The notes under the pieces: model-generated
The model's input: the letters and a program-made list of their open reading frames with translations, nothing else
The model's database searches: none
What the model was told of the DNA's origin: nothing
Source: the human T2T-CHM13v2.0 reference genome, Homo sapiens
Direction: 5' to 3' (one strand)
Length of the DNA: 64,000 nt
Assembly: GCF_009914755.1 (NCBI RefSeq)
Contig: NC_060939.1
Program-made: the position numbers and the translations under genes
Shown: positions 12,923 to 25,955 of the stretch, in pieces
Layout of the letters: the number at the start of each line of letters is the position of its first letter
How positions within the stretch are numbered: position 1 is the stretch's first letter

Positions 12923-13130
12923 GCAGAATAGTACGCTTGTTAAAAGCATGCGCTCTGAAACACTGCCTAATGTTCACATCCTAACTCCATTATTTCCTTG
13001 CTATGTTACCTTGGCAAGTTATTTACCTTCCCAGTGCCTCAGTTTCCCCATCTGTAAATGGGTGTGATTATAGTATCTGAGAGCTTGATCCACAATAACA
13101 GTGCCTATGGCATTCTAAGTACTAATATGT
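12923..13130 (+). mobile_element. MIR
   Basis: GTTAAAAGCATGCGCTCTG...CCTTGGCAAGTTATTTACC...GCCTCAGTTTCCCCATCTGTAAATGGG. Confidence 0.85.
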
Positions 13131-13152
13131 ACCTGTGAGTGATTTGTTATTA

Positions 13153-13941
13153 CAGTCATGTGTCCCATAAAGACATTTTGGTCAATAAGGGACCAAATAT
13201 GACAGCGGTCCCACAGGATTATAATGAAACTAACAAATTCCTATTGCCTAGTGATGTAGCCATCAAAATGTCTTATGGCAATGAGTTAATCACACATTTG
13301 TGGTGATGCTGGTGTAAACAAACCTACTGCACTGCCAGTTGTATAAGAGTACACACAGACTGGCCAGGCATGGTGGCTCACGCCTGTAATCCCACCACTT
13401 TGGGAGGCCAAGGTGGGCGGATCACGAGGTCAAGAGATCATGACCATCCTGGCCAACATGGTGAAACCCACCTCTACTAAAAATACAAAAATTAGCGGGG
13501 CATGGTGGTGCACACCTGTAGTCCCAGATACTAGGGAGGCTGAGGTGGAGAATCACTTGAACCCAGGAGACAGAGGTTGCAGTGAGCTGAGATCACACCT
13601 CTATACTCCAGCCTGGCAACAGAGCGAGACTCAGTCTCAAAAAAAAAAAAAAGTACACACAGAATTATGTACAGCATATAATACATGATAATGATAATAA
13701 ATGACCATGTTACTGGTTTGTGTATTTATTATAATATGCTTTATATTGTCATTTTAGAGTGTACTCTTATTTTTTTTAAATGATAACTATAAAACAGCCT
13801 CAGGCAGGTCCTTCCAGAGATATTCCAGAAGGAGGCATTGCTGTTATAGGCGAGGACAGCTCAATGCCTGTTATTGCCCTTGAAGACCTGCCAGGGGGAC
13901 AAGATGTGGGTGTGGAAGAGAGTGATACTGATGATCCTGAT
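13153..13941 (+). mobile_element. Tigger3-family (Tigger3b-like) DNA transposon, truncated, interrupted by an Alu
   Basis: TA followed by CAGTCATGTGTCCCATAAAGACATTTTGGTCAA (TIR); GGTGATGCTGGTGTAAACAAACCTACTGC; AAACAGCCTCAGGCAGGTCCTTC; no right TIR seen. Confidence 0.88.
13362..13650 (+). mobile_element. Alu, AluSc-like, inserted in Tigger3
   Basis: GATCACGAGGTCAAGAGATC and CCTGGCAACAG; TSD AGTACACACAGA on both sides. Confidence 0.95.
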
Positions 13942-15304
13942 GGTCATAGAGTCATCCATAAGCCCTAGAACTCTCTTCCACTACTTCCTCTGGTAAATTT
14001 CTACTCATCCTTCTTGTTGGACCTTAAATGTCACTTCCCTGCACTAACCTTCCCTGAGCTCCTTGTCGTCCAACTGGATCAGTATTCACAACGCAATCCT
14101 CATACACCGCACGCCCTGCACTTCTCTCCCCATGGATATGGCGCTCCTGGACTTGTGCAATAACTGTCAGCTACATGTGTGGAGTTGTTTGTTTCCTTGT
14201 GTCTTGTTTCCTTCTGTATTCCTGCTCCACACATAGGAGACTTCCACAAATGTTCCTGGCCTGAATGACTGTGCAGTGTAGACCTCCCCCAAAAAAGGAG
14301 AGATTGTTGTGAGTTTGAAAGTCTGCAGAAAAGTGAGACCAGAGATAGTGAGACAATAAAATGAAGGAGGCTGAATGGTTTGCAGGTCTCGATTTGATTT
14401 TATTTTCTCTTTTTAAGGTGAAGGAACAATAGCAGTATGTGATTTCCAGAGAAGAATGTGTATAGCTTACCCTCAAATCTCAAAACCTCCGTTAAGTAGT
14501 TCTAGAGGAGGTAGGGCTGGGTTTTGTCTTCTGTTGAGACAGATGCAGTGATTATTGGAAGGCATGCTTACTGGTGCACTGGTTCCTTTACCACAAGTCT
14601 GGGAATTACCACTGTATTCCCCAAGGAGGAAGAAAACCTGGGTAGGGAGATTTTCTTTTCAAATAACATTGATTTGGTGACTGATGGCAACACTACAAAA
14701 TAAACTTTTACTTTTGTTAATTCAATACGGCTCTTGAGTGGTAACTGTTCAAGTTTATATACATATAAGTATATAATATCTTTCTTCTGCTCTCTAATTT
14801 GCAATTATTCAATTCAGAAATCCTGATTCTTACTAAAGCATAAGGTATGGGTTCTCTTAAGATTCTCACCTATCTTATTTCTGAAGATATTACCAAGTAT
14901 GCCCTTATTTTTGTGAAAGTATAAACCTTATCTCCATTTAGCTATCACAGACGGAAAATAAAAATGTTTTAAAAACTAAGGAAAAAGAATTGGTCTTAAT
15001 ATGCAATGCAAATGAGTGAATTTTATAAAAGGCAAAGATAAAAAAATTATAATCCCTTTGGCATGCTATTCATTAAGAAAATTCTTCCTAAGGACTATGA
15101 GTTTTAAATATGCTCAGCAAGTCAATCATCTATTCATTCATTCAATATTTATTGTGCTTTCATTTATTCACTCATTCATTCAATTCAACTAATTTATCGA
15201 GCAACCCTGTGTATAAGCCTCCTGCCAGGTGTGGGAGGTTGGGTTCACTGAATTAGACAGTACCTGAGTAACTGTGCCAGTGCAGATGGGAATAACGTAA
15301 ACTC

Positions 15305-15583
15305 CACACTATTCAAAGTGTGCTCCACGAACTGCTGCCGGTCCTCAAATTGGTCATTGTTGGTCTGGGGCAAGAGAAGTACAGAAACTGAGAGTAAGCC
15401 TTTTAAACCTTGCCCATATATGTGATTGTGTAATTTTGTGTCTGTTAACTCTAATAATAAAAAATGGAGCTTGCATTTTTAACTGCCTTTTTCTTTTACA
15501 TTGTACTTTATACAAGTATTGATCCGTCATGGACTGGGGGGCATGGGGCCAGTTCTTGACCACAGAAAGTCTGAGAAGCCTTG
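15305..15583 (+). mobile_element. MER5C-like hAT element inserted in an L2 fragment
   Basis: CTATTCAAAGTGTGCTCCACGAAC...AGTACAGAAACTGAGAGTAAGC...CCACAGAAAGTCTGAGAAGC. Confidence 0.75.
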
Positions 15584-15854
15584 CTCCAGGAAAGGAAAGT
15601 AGCACAGTGCCAGGAAAGAGGGAGAGTAGGAGAGTGTGCGCGTTTCCAGCCTGGGAAAGGGAAGCGGGAAGCAATCTGAAAAGCCTCCCCCAGGGGGAGT
15701 GGCATTTGAGCAAAGCCTAACAGGATGGGGACGGTTTGGAGGCAAAGACAGGAGAAAGGACGTTTTGAGGCAAAGAGAAAGGTTGAGGCCAGGAAGTAAA
15801 GGGTTTATGCAGGGTGCCACGCGTATTTAACGCTCTGTGAAGCACAGAGCAGGT

Positions 15855-15965
15855 GAGTAATAACGATAATAATAGCAGCTAACATTTATTGAACACTTAC
15901 CGCAAGCCAGGCTCTGTGCTAAGAACATGGTGGGAATTATCTCATTTGTTCCTTCCAACTACCTG
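15855..15965 (-). mobile_element. MIR 3' part
   Basis: AATAATAGCAGCTAACATTTATTGAACACTTAC...CCAGGCTCTGTGCTAAG...ATTATCTCATTT. Confidence 0.8.
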
Positions 15966-16915
15966 CAGGGACACTGATTTGTGAAAATCGTTCCCAGACA
16001 GACGAAGGATATTAAATAGGAGGTGAGAGTGCCCCTCGGGGCAATGGGCTTCAAGAGCACAGGCAGACGGGAGTCAGATGCCGTTCAGGGACAGCTGGGC
16101 ACCAACTCTATTGTCTGTCTCCTCCTAGACGAGGATGTTGCCTTACTGGGCCTGAGTCAGGCTTGTCAATGTCCTCTTTAAGTGGTGGGCATAATATTGT
16201 CCTGCAAGTTCTTTTGGAATGGTGATGTGAGCCCAAGGACGAGAATGAATGGGCAGGTAAACAGAAAGCATTGGCTTGCCAGGTCTAGCACAGCCCAGCC
16301 TTGCTGCAGACCTTCTTCACAACCCTGGGGACAGCTCTGCTGGGCTGTGCTGCATCTGGCTCCTGCTATGGGTTGCCCCCTGGAATAGGTAAGATTTTGT
16401 GCCTCTGGCTCATTAAATGCAGACCTTAATCTAACCTTACAAGGTAAGTGTTCTGCTCTTTCTAGTTAGTACAGAAATGCTGCATTTGCTTTTAAGTAAG
16501 TGAGAAGTGATTTGTAAAGATGTTTCGAACTCAGGACTAACTGCCTCCAGAGATGCAGGAAGTAAGACCAGAACAGTAGGTGGGGGCCAAGACATAGATG
16601 GAGGCCCTGATTCCCAGGCTTAGGACCTGAACTTTGATTCTGAGGACAGCAGGGAACATAAAAATCATATGGGAGCTTCTTTACCTCCACAAAGAACATT
16701 CTTTGGCTCAGCAGGACAATATGGTGGGAAATGACAAAGTAACTCCTGTGGCCCTAGGTCAGGTTCTCTTGAGGAAAACAAAAAGGCTGGAATGATACAG
16801 CTCTTCGTAAACCAGGTGCCTCCAGTGCCTGCGGTTATTCCCAAGTCCACATTTTGCAGACAGGGCCCTAAAATGTCTAGCTAGGAAGTTCCTGAGCCTG
16901 TTTTTTTAAAATTCT

Positions 16916-16958
16916 ACACACACACATGCACACACACACGCACGTGTGCACACATGCG
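16916..16958. repeat. Imperfect (CA)n purine-pyrimidine tract
   Basis: ACACACACACATGCACACACACACGCACGTGTGCACACATGCG. Confidence 0.85.
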
Positions 16959-17028
16959 GATATATACATCCTCACCTTTTCTTGAGATTACTGCTCAGAA
17001 GAAGGCACATTTGGTTTGGTCTGCTTAC

Positions 17029-17205
17029 CAGTTTGTGAAGCACTTCAGCACCTTTTAAGATGTCAAGTGCCATAAAATCAACGTCCTTGTTATCGTGGTA
17101 AATTGACCTTCGTTGCCAAGGCAAAGTCAGAGACAGAGTTAACCATGACAGCCACGAATAGCTGTTCTTTGAGGGCCAAAATCATGATTTTCAATGTTTT
17201 TCCAT
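17029..17205 (-). ncRNA. Candidate non-coding or cryptic exon (177 nt)
   Basis: Minus strand GTTCCCCTATTTCAG|ATGGAAA...CAAACTG|GTAAGC; stop codons in all three frames; non-repetitive sequence. Confidence 0.4.
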
Positions 17206-19939
17206 CTGAAATAGGGGAACATTACTCACTACAGCCTATAACTGTTTCCTGTCCCATGAAGCTAAATTCCTACGCCAGCAATATGGTCTCAACAGAAGCC
17301 CTGAAAACAGAAATGTCACTCCGCAAAGTTCTTATTTCAGCCAACAAAGCTTTAAGTTTAGACTTAACTGTGAAACTGAAAATTTGGCTCACCACAGAGG
17401 GAACTGGAGAGACTTTTTTTTTAAACACCAGGAGACTGATGTCACTGCTTTGCCTATCCAATGTCATCTCATCCCTCTCCCCCAAACCCAAGCAAACTCT
17501 GCAGTGAGTGACAAACGGCTGAAATTTCAGCTTTACCCCTCAGCTAGCAGGCACTTCCAAACTCATTTAATGCTCAGGTAAGTTTTAGCTTTAAAAAACT
17601 TGGTGGGGAAAAAGACCAGGTAATTTATCCCCTATTCCATGAAAAACAGGGGAGTGGGGACCTATGTTAATATGATCTTTAGCAGAAAAATGCAGTGTTG
17701 TTAGGCCTGGTTTCTCATACAGATTTGTTTACTGTATCCATATTTACTAAAATGTTTGTTGCTGTGACTGCAAGAAATCAGGGATTAATATTTACCTCTG
17801 TTACATGAAAGAACTTACTGTCCCTTTTCTGCAAGTATTTGGAGTCAGAGATTCCTTAAGTAAAAATGCTATAGGCCAATGCTAAACCTGAAAAATGGCT
17901 TAGCAAGATGCTGAGTTCTAACCCACTCTGATGAAATTGGTTATATAATTGGCCTTGCATCACGGATGGTTATCCCTATACTTTGTTCTTGTCATTTCAA
18001 TCAGCCCAAGCAAGTGCACTCCTTCTGATTTAGAGACCCAACCGATATTTGCCCACACAGACATGGTCAGGACAACCCCCAGGGCCTTCGTATGTTGGCT
18101 CTTGGCCCAGACGGTATAAGAGTCCATTTACGACATCAAAATATTATGTAAACTCCCTCATCATTAGAGTTATGCTTTTAACCTATTCATTTAAAACGCT
18201 GACTAGTTATTTAGCAGTACTTTAAAAAATATTTCTAAATCCCAGAAGCAACTACATTTATGTGAAAGATAGAGCAGAACATGTTGCGTGTACAGTAGGC
18301 ACTATTTGGTGGCAGGAGTCTGTGGCTTCCTCTACCCCCAGTGAAGCCTAGAGGACTGCAGGGATCCAGCACCCACGGGTTTAGAGTCTTGGGTCTGGTC
18401 CAGTGAAGACACTGCTCTCTTTCATATCTCCAGAGTCCACCAGGGAGCTGGCTTTCGCATCCTTTAATTTGGCTGCCTTTACTGGGAGGTGCTTCACCAT
18501 GAAGGCTTGGTAATGGATATTCCAAAAAAAAAAAAATGTAAATAGGAGCCACATTCAAGAGCACCATTTAAAATGAAAACCCACATGAGGTCTCCCAGCA
18601 AACCACTAACTTTAAAGGGAGCCTGGCTGACTAAGAAGACAGGACACTGGATCCTGGACATGCTGCACCACACAGCCTGCCGGCCACAGCCCTGCTTCTT
18701 CTGACCATGGAATTTCCAAAACAGACTCCCTCAAGGAAAGCCAAGAGCACATTTTTGTGGCATTAGAGTGAAGTGAGGTTTCTCTTTATTAGAGAGAGAT
18801 GGCATTGGAAATAGGCTCATTTTCCCTCATAAGGTACCAGTCTCCAAAAGACTGCCTTCCCGGAGAAGTACCCTGGGAAGGAAAATGCCTCAGTTACGGT
18901 ACCACATGGTTTGGGGGACTCAAGCTGTCTCCAAAAAGCCCTGAGAAGGAAGGATCCATTTCAGCATCACAATTTTTCTGAACCAAGCGGGGATCAACAA
19001 TGTGGGCACCAGAACTAAATGATCCAGTAATTATTCTACAAGGAGGTCCCAAAGGGCCCAAAAGCCATGATGTAATGAACAAGAGGAGGCTCAGCTCCAG
19101 AGGGCTTCCTTTAGGAGGTGAGTCATGAGCTGTGTTTCGCACTGGCAGAGAGGAAAGCTACGTGGGTAGGGCAGAAAAAAGTGAGCTGTGTCTAGGGGAC
19201 AAGATGAATTGGATAGGTGACTCAGTGTCAAAGATCCACCATTAGTGAAACACTGTAGACCAGGCAATGTAAAGGTGTCCCATAGGAACCCACTGTTGAT
19301 CCTTCAGCACTTAAAAAAACAAACAAACAAACAAAAAACACCACTGTTCTTGACGCAGGATGAACCATTTTAGCAGTGAGGGGCAAGATGAATTGGGACA
19401 GCAGGGAGACTAGCTATGAAAATGGAGTAATCATTCAGGTGTGGTACAGATGGCATTGGAATGAAGACGGTGAATATAGGAATGCAAATTAGTAAATTAG
19501 GCTCAACCAAGAGATGACTCCTGAGCAAATTATCAGACCTACTGCCCAACCGTCAGCCCAGTTTTAGGATTTTAGGGTTTTAGACAAAACAGTATAGGGC
19601 TTGGCTATGTATACCACTGGCCTACAGTACAACCTATTGCTACCCTACAAATAAGAGAACAGCAGTTAAAGACCCCCACATTTCCTCTTCCCCTAAGCAC
19701 CTCACAACATATTCACCTATCACCGGATACCCCATTCCTGGACCAAGCGGCCATTCCTTTGAGGTGACTGATTCAACAAGGTAGTGAAATAAAGAACTTA
19801 CCCAGATGATTACAAATGCCATTGAAATGTGACACTTTCAAATTGGAGAGGGCATGAAGCTCAAATGATATGCTCATTTTACGGAGGAAGAAGCAAAGAC
19901 TGAAAACATTGACGAGCTTTCCTCAGGCTCTGAGAGAGG

Positions 19940-20105
19940 TGAACTGGGTGCTGGGTGAGTTCTGTTCCTGGCTCTACCCCTGAAATACTGGAAGAAGCTG
20001 AGAGAATTTTTTTTTCTTTTTTCTGAGCCTCAGATTCCACATTTGTAAATAGAAAAAATATAACTAAATGGCTCCTAGGTCCCTGCTAGCGCTAACTTCT
20101 CGTGT
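19940..20105 (+). mobile_element. MIR3-like
   Basis: CTGAGCCTCAGATTCCACATTTGTAAATAG...AAATGGCTCCTAGGTCCCTGCTAGCGCTAAC. Confidence 0.6.
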
Positions 20106-21229
20106 GATCAGTGCTTCTAAAATTGCAATGTGTCCAGGTGGGGAAGTTCATTTACCCCCTATCTGGTTTACGCTCACTTAAGGGAGTGATTTCTTTCCTC
20201 TGAGGCTCTCATCTTGCCCATTATTCAGAGTGAGCTGCCTCCTGGTGTGCTGTCAAAATACATCAGCTTCAAAGACAAACACACACCTTTCAATCCCAGT
20301 CCAAGAGAGTTTACTGTATAATTTATGATAATGTTAAGTCTGTTTCTCATAAATGTTAATGGTGCTACATTTTTTTTCATAGATGGGTAATTCTCAGAAA
20401 AGCAGCTGGATGTTAAAAGTTACTTTTTTTTTTTTTTTTAACATAAACTGCCTCAGCCAACAAATCTGATTAAAACAAAACTCTCCAGGATTGCAAGGCA
20501 CAAAGATTCTGCTAATGTTAGTAAGTAAATCCAAAAAAAAATCATTCAAAGATTCTGTTCTTATAATTGTTTATCTACCATGATTTGATTAAGTTCACAT
20601 TCACAGACTTTTCTCCATTTTAATGTGTAGATATTAAGAACTTTTTACTTTAATCCAATTCTTTCCACTCCTACAAATTGCTGAACTTGTACATTAGTAT
20701 TAATATAACATGCCTAAGTACCTCCCAAAGTAAATTCTTTCCTGCTAAAAATATTTTGCTAGCAAATATTCGGCCTTTTCTCATTTATAGAAACTGTAAC
20801 CTTTACTTCGAAGTGCCATGCTTCATCTTTTATACTCTATAGAATTGTTTTGACTGCTAAATGTGTTTGAGGAATTCTCTCCCAGACGTTAGAAAGTTGG
20901 ATTTTGAAATCATTTGAATCTTTCAAAGTTATTCCCTGACGAAAGAAAATGCATCAATAATTTCAGATTAGTTACTGTACTGGAGCTTCTGAAATTCCAA
21001 ATTTTCTATTTTGAAGCATCAATTTGTAGAAGAATGTAAGTATTCTTAATTTTTGATGCTGTAAAATGCAATAACGATAGACATATTTTAACACAGAAAG
21101 ATAAAGACTTCAAAAGTACATAAACAGCCAGAAAAACATACAAAAGAATTAGCTTAAACACCTTCAAATTGCTTGGGCTCAAGATACCTGGGTTCTAATC
21201 CCTCCTCCACTTGATAACTCTGCAACCTC

Positions 21230-21508
21230 ATTCATTGACTCATACATTTATTCAACAAAGGCGTATTCGGTTTGACACCAAGGTACTGTGCTGGGCATTA
21301 GTTACAGAGAAATGCTAGATATGGTCTCTATCCTCAAAGAGCCCATAGTGTAGGGGAAGAAACAGCCATGCAAACAGATATTCCTACAGTGTGGTGGGAA
21401 CATTAATACAGATATACAGAGAGTATTGGAAAGGAAAGAGGGTAGGGGTGGGGGAATGTCAGGGTTTCAAGTTTTCTTAAGGAAGGTGATTCCTCAACTG
21501 AGCCTTCA
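21230..21508 (-). mobile_element. L2 3' fragment
   Basis: TATTCAACAAA...GGTACTGTGCTGGGC...ATGGTCTCTATCCTCAAAGAGC...GGAAGGTGAT...CTGAGCCTT. Confidence 0.75.
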
Positions 21509-22440
21509 GGCCTGCCCTGTCTCTCGGCTTGACAGGGCGCTTGTGAGGCTCTCGTAAGATAAAGCCCGGTAAAGGCCCTGTGAACTAAAGCACAAAAGAG
21601 CTGTACTGGGATTATTTTCCATGGTGAGAAATAGAAAAGCTACAGCATAATGAGTGAGTTCTTTTGCATCTCTGGTTATTAAGGAAAACAACCAAACATG
21701 ATTTGGAAGAGGGTTTTAAAAAATTCAGTTTCAGCAGATTTTCTCACTCTTATTTGTATGTATAGAGGACTTAAAATGAAAGGACTATATATCTCCATTT
21801 CACAGATCAGGTCATTTAGGCACGGGGCCCCGAGAGTTAAGAAAGATGGCTAGGGGAAAGAGAAAAAAAAGTCTCAGCCAGAGGTGAGAGAGAGCAGCTC
21901 AGGAACCTGGAGCCGGACGGCAATGGTGGGGGATCGCGTTTTCCTTCTGTGACACTCTCCTCAAGGGTGACGCTACCCCTGCCAAATAGGGAGGAGGAAT
22001 GATTTTTTTTTTCCTTCATAAAAACAAGTCAGAAAGGAAATAAAATCCACATTTAAAACTCCCAACTGTTTTTTGAAACGAGTATTTTCTTCATTTCTTT
22101 TCCAAGGCAGACAGAGCAGGTGTTAAGGCTGAGTTCCTCTTGTCATGTGAAACAAAGATGGCCCTGACTACCATGTACTGGGCGACCTATAATACTGACA
22201 TCAAGCGCAAAAAGGAAACAAAAAGAAAATAAAAAAGGAATGCGTGAGGGTCGGAGTTTTTGGAAGATGAACATGAGATGACAGCATGAGCTGGGTGTTG
22301 AAGTCGGGAAGATGCAGTTAACAGAAGAGGGGTGGGGGGGCGCCATGGAGCAGTCGTGTGAGCCAAGGTGCAGGAACAAGCACTCAGCTTATCCAGAGGG
22401 AGGACCGCTTCCCAGAGATATTTTCAGGGGCAACTTTCGC

Positions 22441-22845
22441 TTTTTTGGTTTGTTTCGTTTCTTGAGGCAGGGTCTCGCTTTGTCACCCAGGCTGGAGTAC
22501 AGTGGTGCAATCTTGGCTCACTGCAACCTCCACTTCTGGGCTCAAGCAATTCTCCCACATCAGCCTCCTGAGTAGCTGGGATCACAGGCATGTACCACCG
22601 TGCCTGCCTAAGGTTTTAAATTTTTTTTTGTATATGTATATATATATATACACACACAATATATATATATATACACACACACAAATATATATATACACAC
22701 AAATATATATATATACATTTTATTTTTTCCCCCCAGAGACAGGGTTTTGTCATGTTGCCTAGGCTGGTCTGGAACACCTGTACTCAAGCCACCTGCCTGT
22801 CATGGCCCCCCAAAATGCTGGGATTGCAGGCCACCATAACCGGTC
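22441..22845 (-). mobile_element. AluJ-like with a microsatellite expanded in the middle linker
   Basis: GAGGCAGGGTCTCGCTTTGTCACCCAGGCTGG...; left arm GAGACAGGGTTTTGTCATGTTGCCTAGGCTGG. Confidence 0.9.
22631..22716. repeat. Compound (TA)n(CA)n microsatellite
   Basis: About four higher-order units of TATATA...CACACAA. Confidence 0.9.
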
Positions 22846-23334
22846 ATCGGGGCAACTATCCTTCAGGGCTTCCTCCAGTAGGGCTCCCCAGGTTGGCCTT
22901 GAGGGCCACAATAAAAAATCTGACTTAGCTATACTCCTTCCCTGTCCCCAACCACAGTTATTCTTGTGGATGAGGCAAATGGCAGCAGGACAGCTGGAGT
23001 ATACCAGAGTTGACTCATTTATTTTATGCATGCTTAGTGTGGCATCCCTGGGGACATGAAATTCCAGTGAAATCCAGTCTTTGTGCTGGAGAAGCTCATA
23101 GATCTGTGGAGGAGGCAGATGCCCACCCACTCACTGTACAGTACAAGGGGTTGAGGGCAACAAAAGAGAAGTGTGCAAATGCTAGCGGCAACAGGTGAGG
23201 CGGGGAGGAGTTTTGTGAAACAGAGATGATGGTAAAGGAGAACATGAGTGCACAGGGATAAAAACACACAGTACGTTTTGAAGACAAAAGAAAAGCCAGT
23301 GTCAGATCTAATGTGGATGACCGTCTGCTTGGGC

Positions 23335-23590
23335 TGTGGTTCTCAGCCCTGGCTGCCCATTAGAATCATCTGGAGAGTAAATACAGATGCCACATGTCCT
23401 ATATTTTGATATGGGTGGTGGCTAGACAGATGTATTTCTATGTAAAAATTTATTAGGTCATATACTTAAGATTTGCATCCTTTACTGGCTTAAATCACAC
23501 CTCAATGAAATTAAAATACTAATCCTTATGCTTCAACCCAGACCAATCAAATCAGAATCTGATATGCAAGCAGAGCTGAAGACCATTGTT
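23335..23590 (+). mobile_element. MER5-family element interrupted by an L1M 3' fragment
   Basis: GTGGTTCTCAGCCCTGGCTGCCCATTAGAATCATCTGG...CCAGACCAATCAAATCAGAATCT...TGAAGACCATTG; orientation uncertain. Confidence 0.7.
23391..23516 (+). mobile_element. Old L1M 3' UTR end fragment
   Basis: ATGTCCTATATTTTGATATGGGTGGTGG...ATACTTAAGATTTGCATC...CACCTCAATGAAA. Confidence 0.65.
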
Positions 23591-23637
23591 CCAAAGGTCT
23601 GATATGCAAGCAGAGCTGAAGACCATTGTTCCAAAGG
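23558..23637. repeat. Perfect 40-bp tandem duplication
   Basis: TCTGATATGCAAGCAGAGCTGAAGACCATTGTTCCAAAGG twice (23558-23597, 23598-23637). Confidence 0.97.
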
Positions 23638-23660
23638 AGGAATTTTAAAAAAACATACCT

Positions 23661-23973
<313 letters not shown>

Positions 23974-24054
23974 TCAAAGGACACATATTTTTAAACATGA
24001 ATCAAAGCCTTAGATTCCACTATATACTACGGAGAAATTAACAAAAACAACTAA

Positions 24055-24408
<354 letters not shown>

Positions 24409-24449
24409 TGATCCTTACCACCACTCCATAACGCAGACTAAGTTATAGC

Positions 24450-24540
24450 AATACTATTTTACAGATGAGGACATTAAGGCTCAGAGAGGTCACTGTCTTG
24501 CTCAAGGGCACAGAGCTAGCAGGAAGTGGAACTGGGTGGC
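24450..24540 (-). mobile_element. MIR
   Basis: ATTTTACAGATGAGGACATTAAGGCTCAGAGAGG...CTTGCTCAAGGGCACAGAGCTAG. Confidence 0.85.
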
Positions 24541-25665
24541 TGTCTGCAGTGGAGGGATGCATATGTCTCCGAAGAGATCCAAGTATCTTTCCTTAAGGGA
24601 ATTACTAAATATCATCAAATGACTTTTGTAGCCCACCACCATATCTAACTCAAGCTCTAACAACTTCTTTAAAAAGAAGCTTTTGCTGCTACAGAAAGAA
24701 TTTCTGCAAAGCAGGAAGCCTGAAGTCAGCAATGATTAAACTGCCCCTTGAAACCCTTAGCTACTTGCACGTCTCTTTGTCTTTGGGGTCTCATCTCAGC
24801 AATTCGTTTCAGCTTCAGTCTGCACCAGGTTCTCAAATCTGTCATGGCGAGGGCAAGAAGAAATGCCCTCCTAACAAGACTCTGGGCATCGCTGGAGCTG
24901 CCTGCAATCCAGACTTCCAAAGACTCATATTCTTCATGAGCAGGTAACGAAGCTCATAGGAACAGGAGAAACTGCACAAAAGCAGAAAATGACAATTCAG
25001 AACACACACCCATCCAGTGATGGCATTAAGGAAATCCTCAAAGCCCTTAGCAATGTAACTGCCAAAAGAAAAAAAAAAATGACTTCCTATAAAAAAAAAA
25101 AGGGCCCAAGTAGAAGTTATAATAAGGATCCATATACATACTGCAGGTTATGAAAATTACTGCAGCATTAAAAGTGATAGTAGAATAATGTCATCTAGTG
25201 TATATGAAATCCTGGACAATATAAGATGGGTTGCTTAAGGATAAAGGCTAATACTGCTTAGAAACACCAGGGAAATAAGAACTGTATGTAAGAGGAAAAA
25301 TATTCACTTGGTATTTCTGGATCACCTCTCTGCTCTTTGCAGGAGAGTAAACAGCATTTCCGGATGGCATCTCAGCAGTTCTTTACATTGAGAGAACTTC
25401 TTTCTTTCTTAAGCCAGGCTCTGCTGTTTGAGCTGAAAAGTTCGGGAAGACATTATTCCACATTATTTCTTCACTCCCCGTTCTATTTCTAAAATCTCAC
25501 AATGGATAACAGAGAGGGCTCTCTTCTATTGTGGAGAAGACTGAGAACCAAGGGAAGCATTTGAAAAGGGGCAGTTTTGGAAAACTGCACACCAACGGTC
25601 TTTTCTAAGAATCCAGACACAAGACCTATGCAGCTGGAATATATTTTAAAGTGTCTCCTCCAAAT

Positions 25666-25955
25666 TCTCAATTTTAAAAATGAGGAAAAGAAGACTCAGG
25701 GCAGTGAAGTGACTTGCCTGAGGTTACACTGACTTCATGGCAGAACTGGGTCTAGTAAAGCCGTAATTTACATTTTATATATGGCTGTATAACGTTTAAA
25801 GCCCTTTCTCAGATATGATCTCATAAATACCCTACGGAGGATATCACTTTTTTTCAGATGAAAAAATTGAGGCTAAGAGAATCAGTAATTTTTTTTTCCC
25901 TAAGCTTACACAGCTAGTAAGGGGTGGATCTTTTTAAGACAGGTGTCTGGAATCC
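25666..25955 (-). mobile_element. Two adjacent MIR fragments
   Basis: GTGAAGTGACTTGCCTGAGGTTACAC and CAGATGAAAAAATTGAGGCT...ACACAGCTAGTAAG. Confidence 0.7.

Noticed and set aside
17103-17507. 134-aa plus-strand ORF and 73-aa minus-strand ORF
   Set aside because: No protein family recognised; non-ATG starts; splice signals fit a non-coding minus-strand exon better
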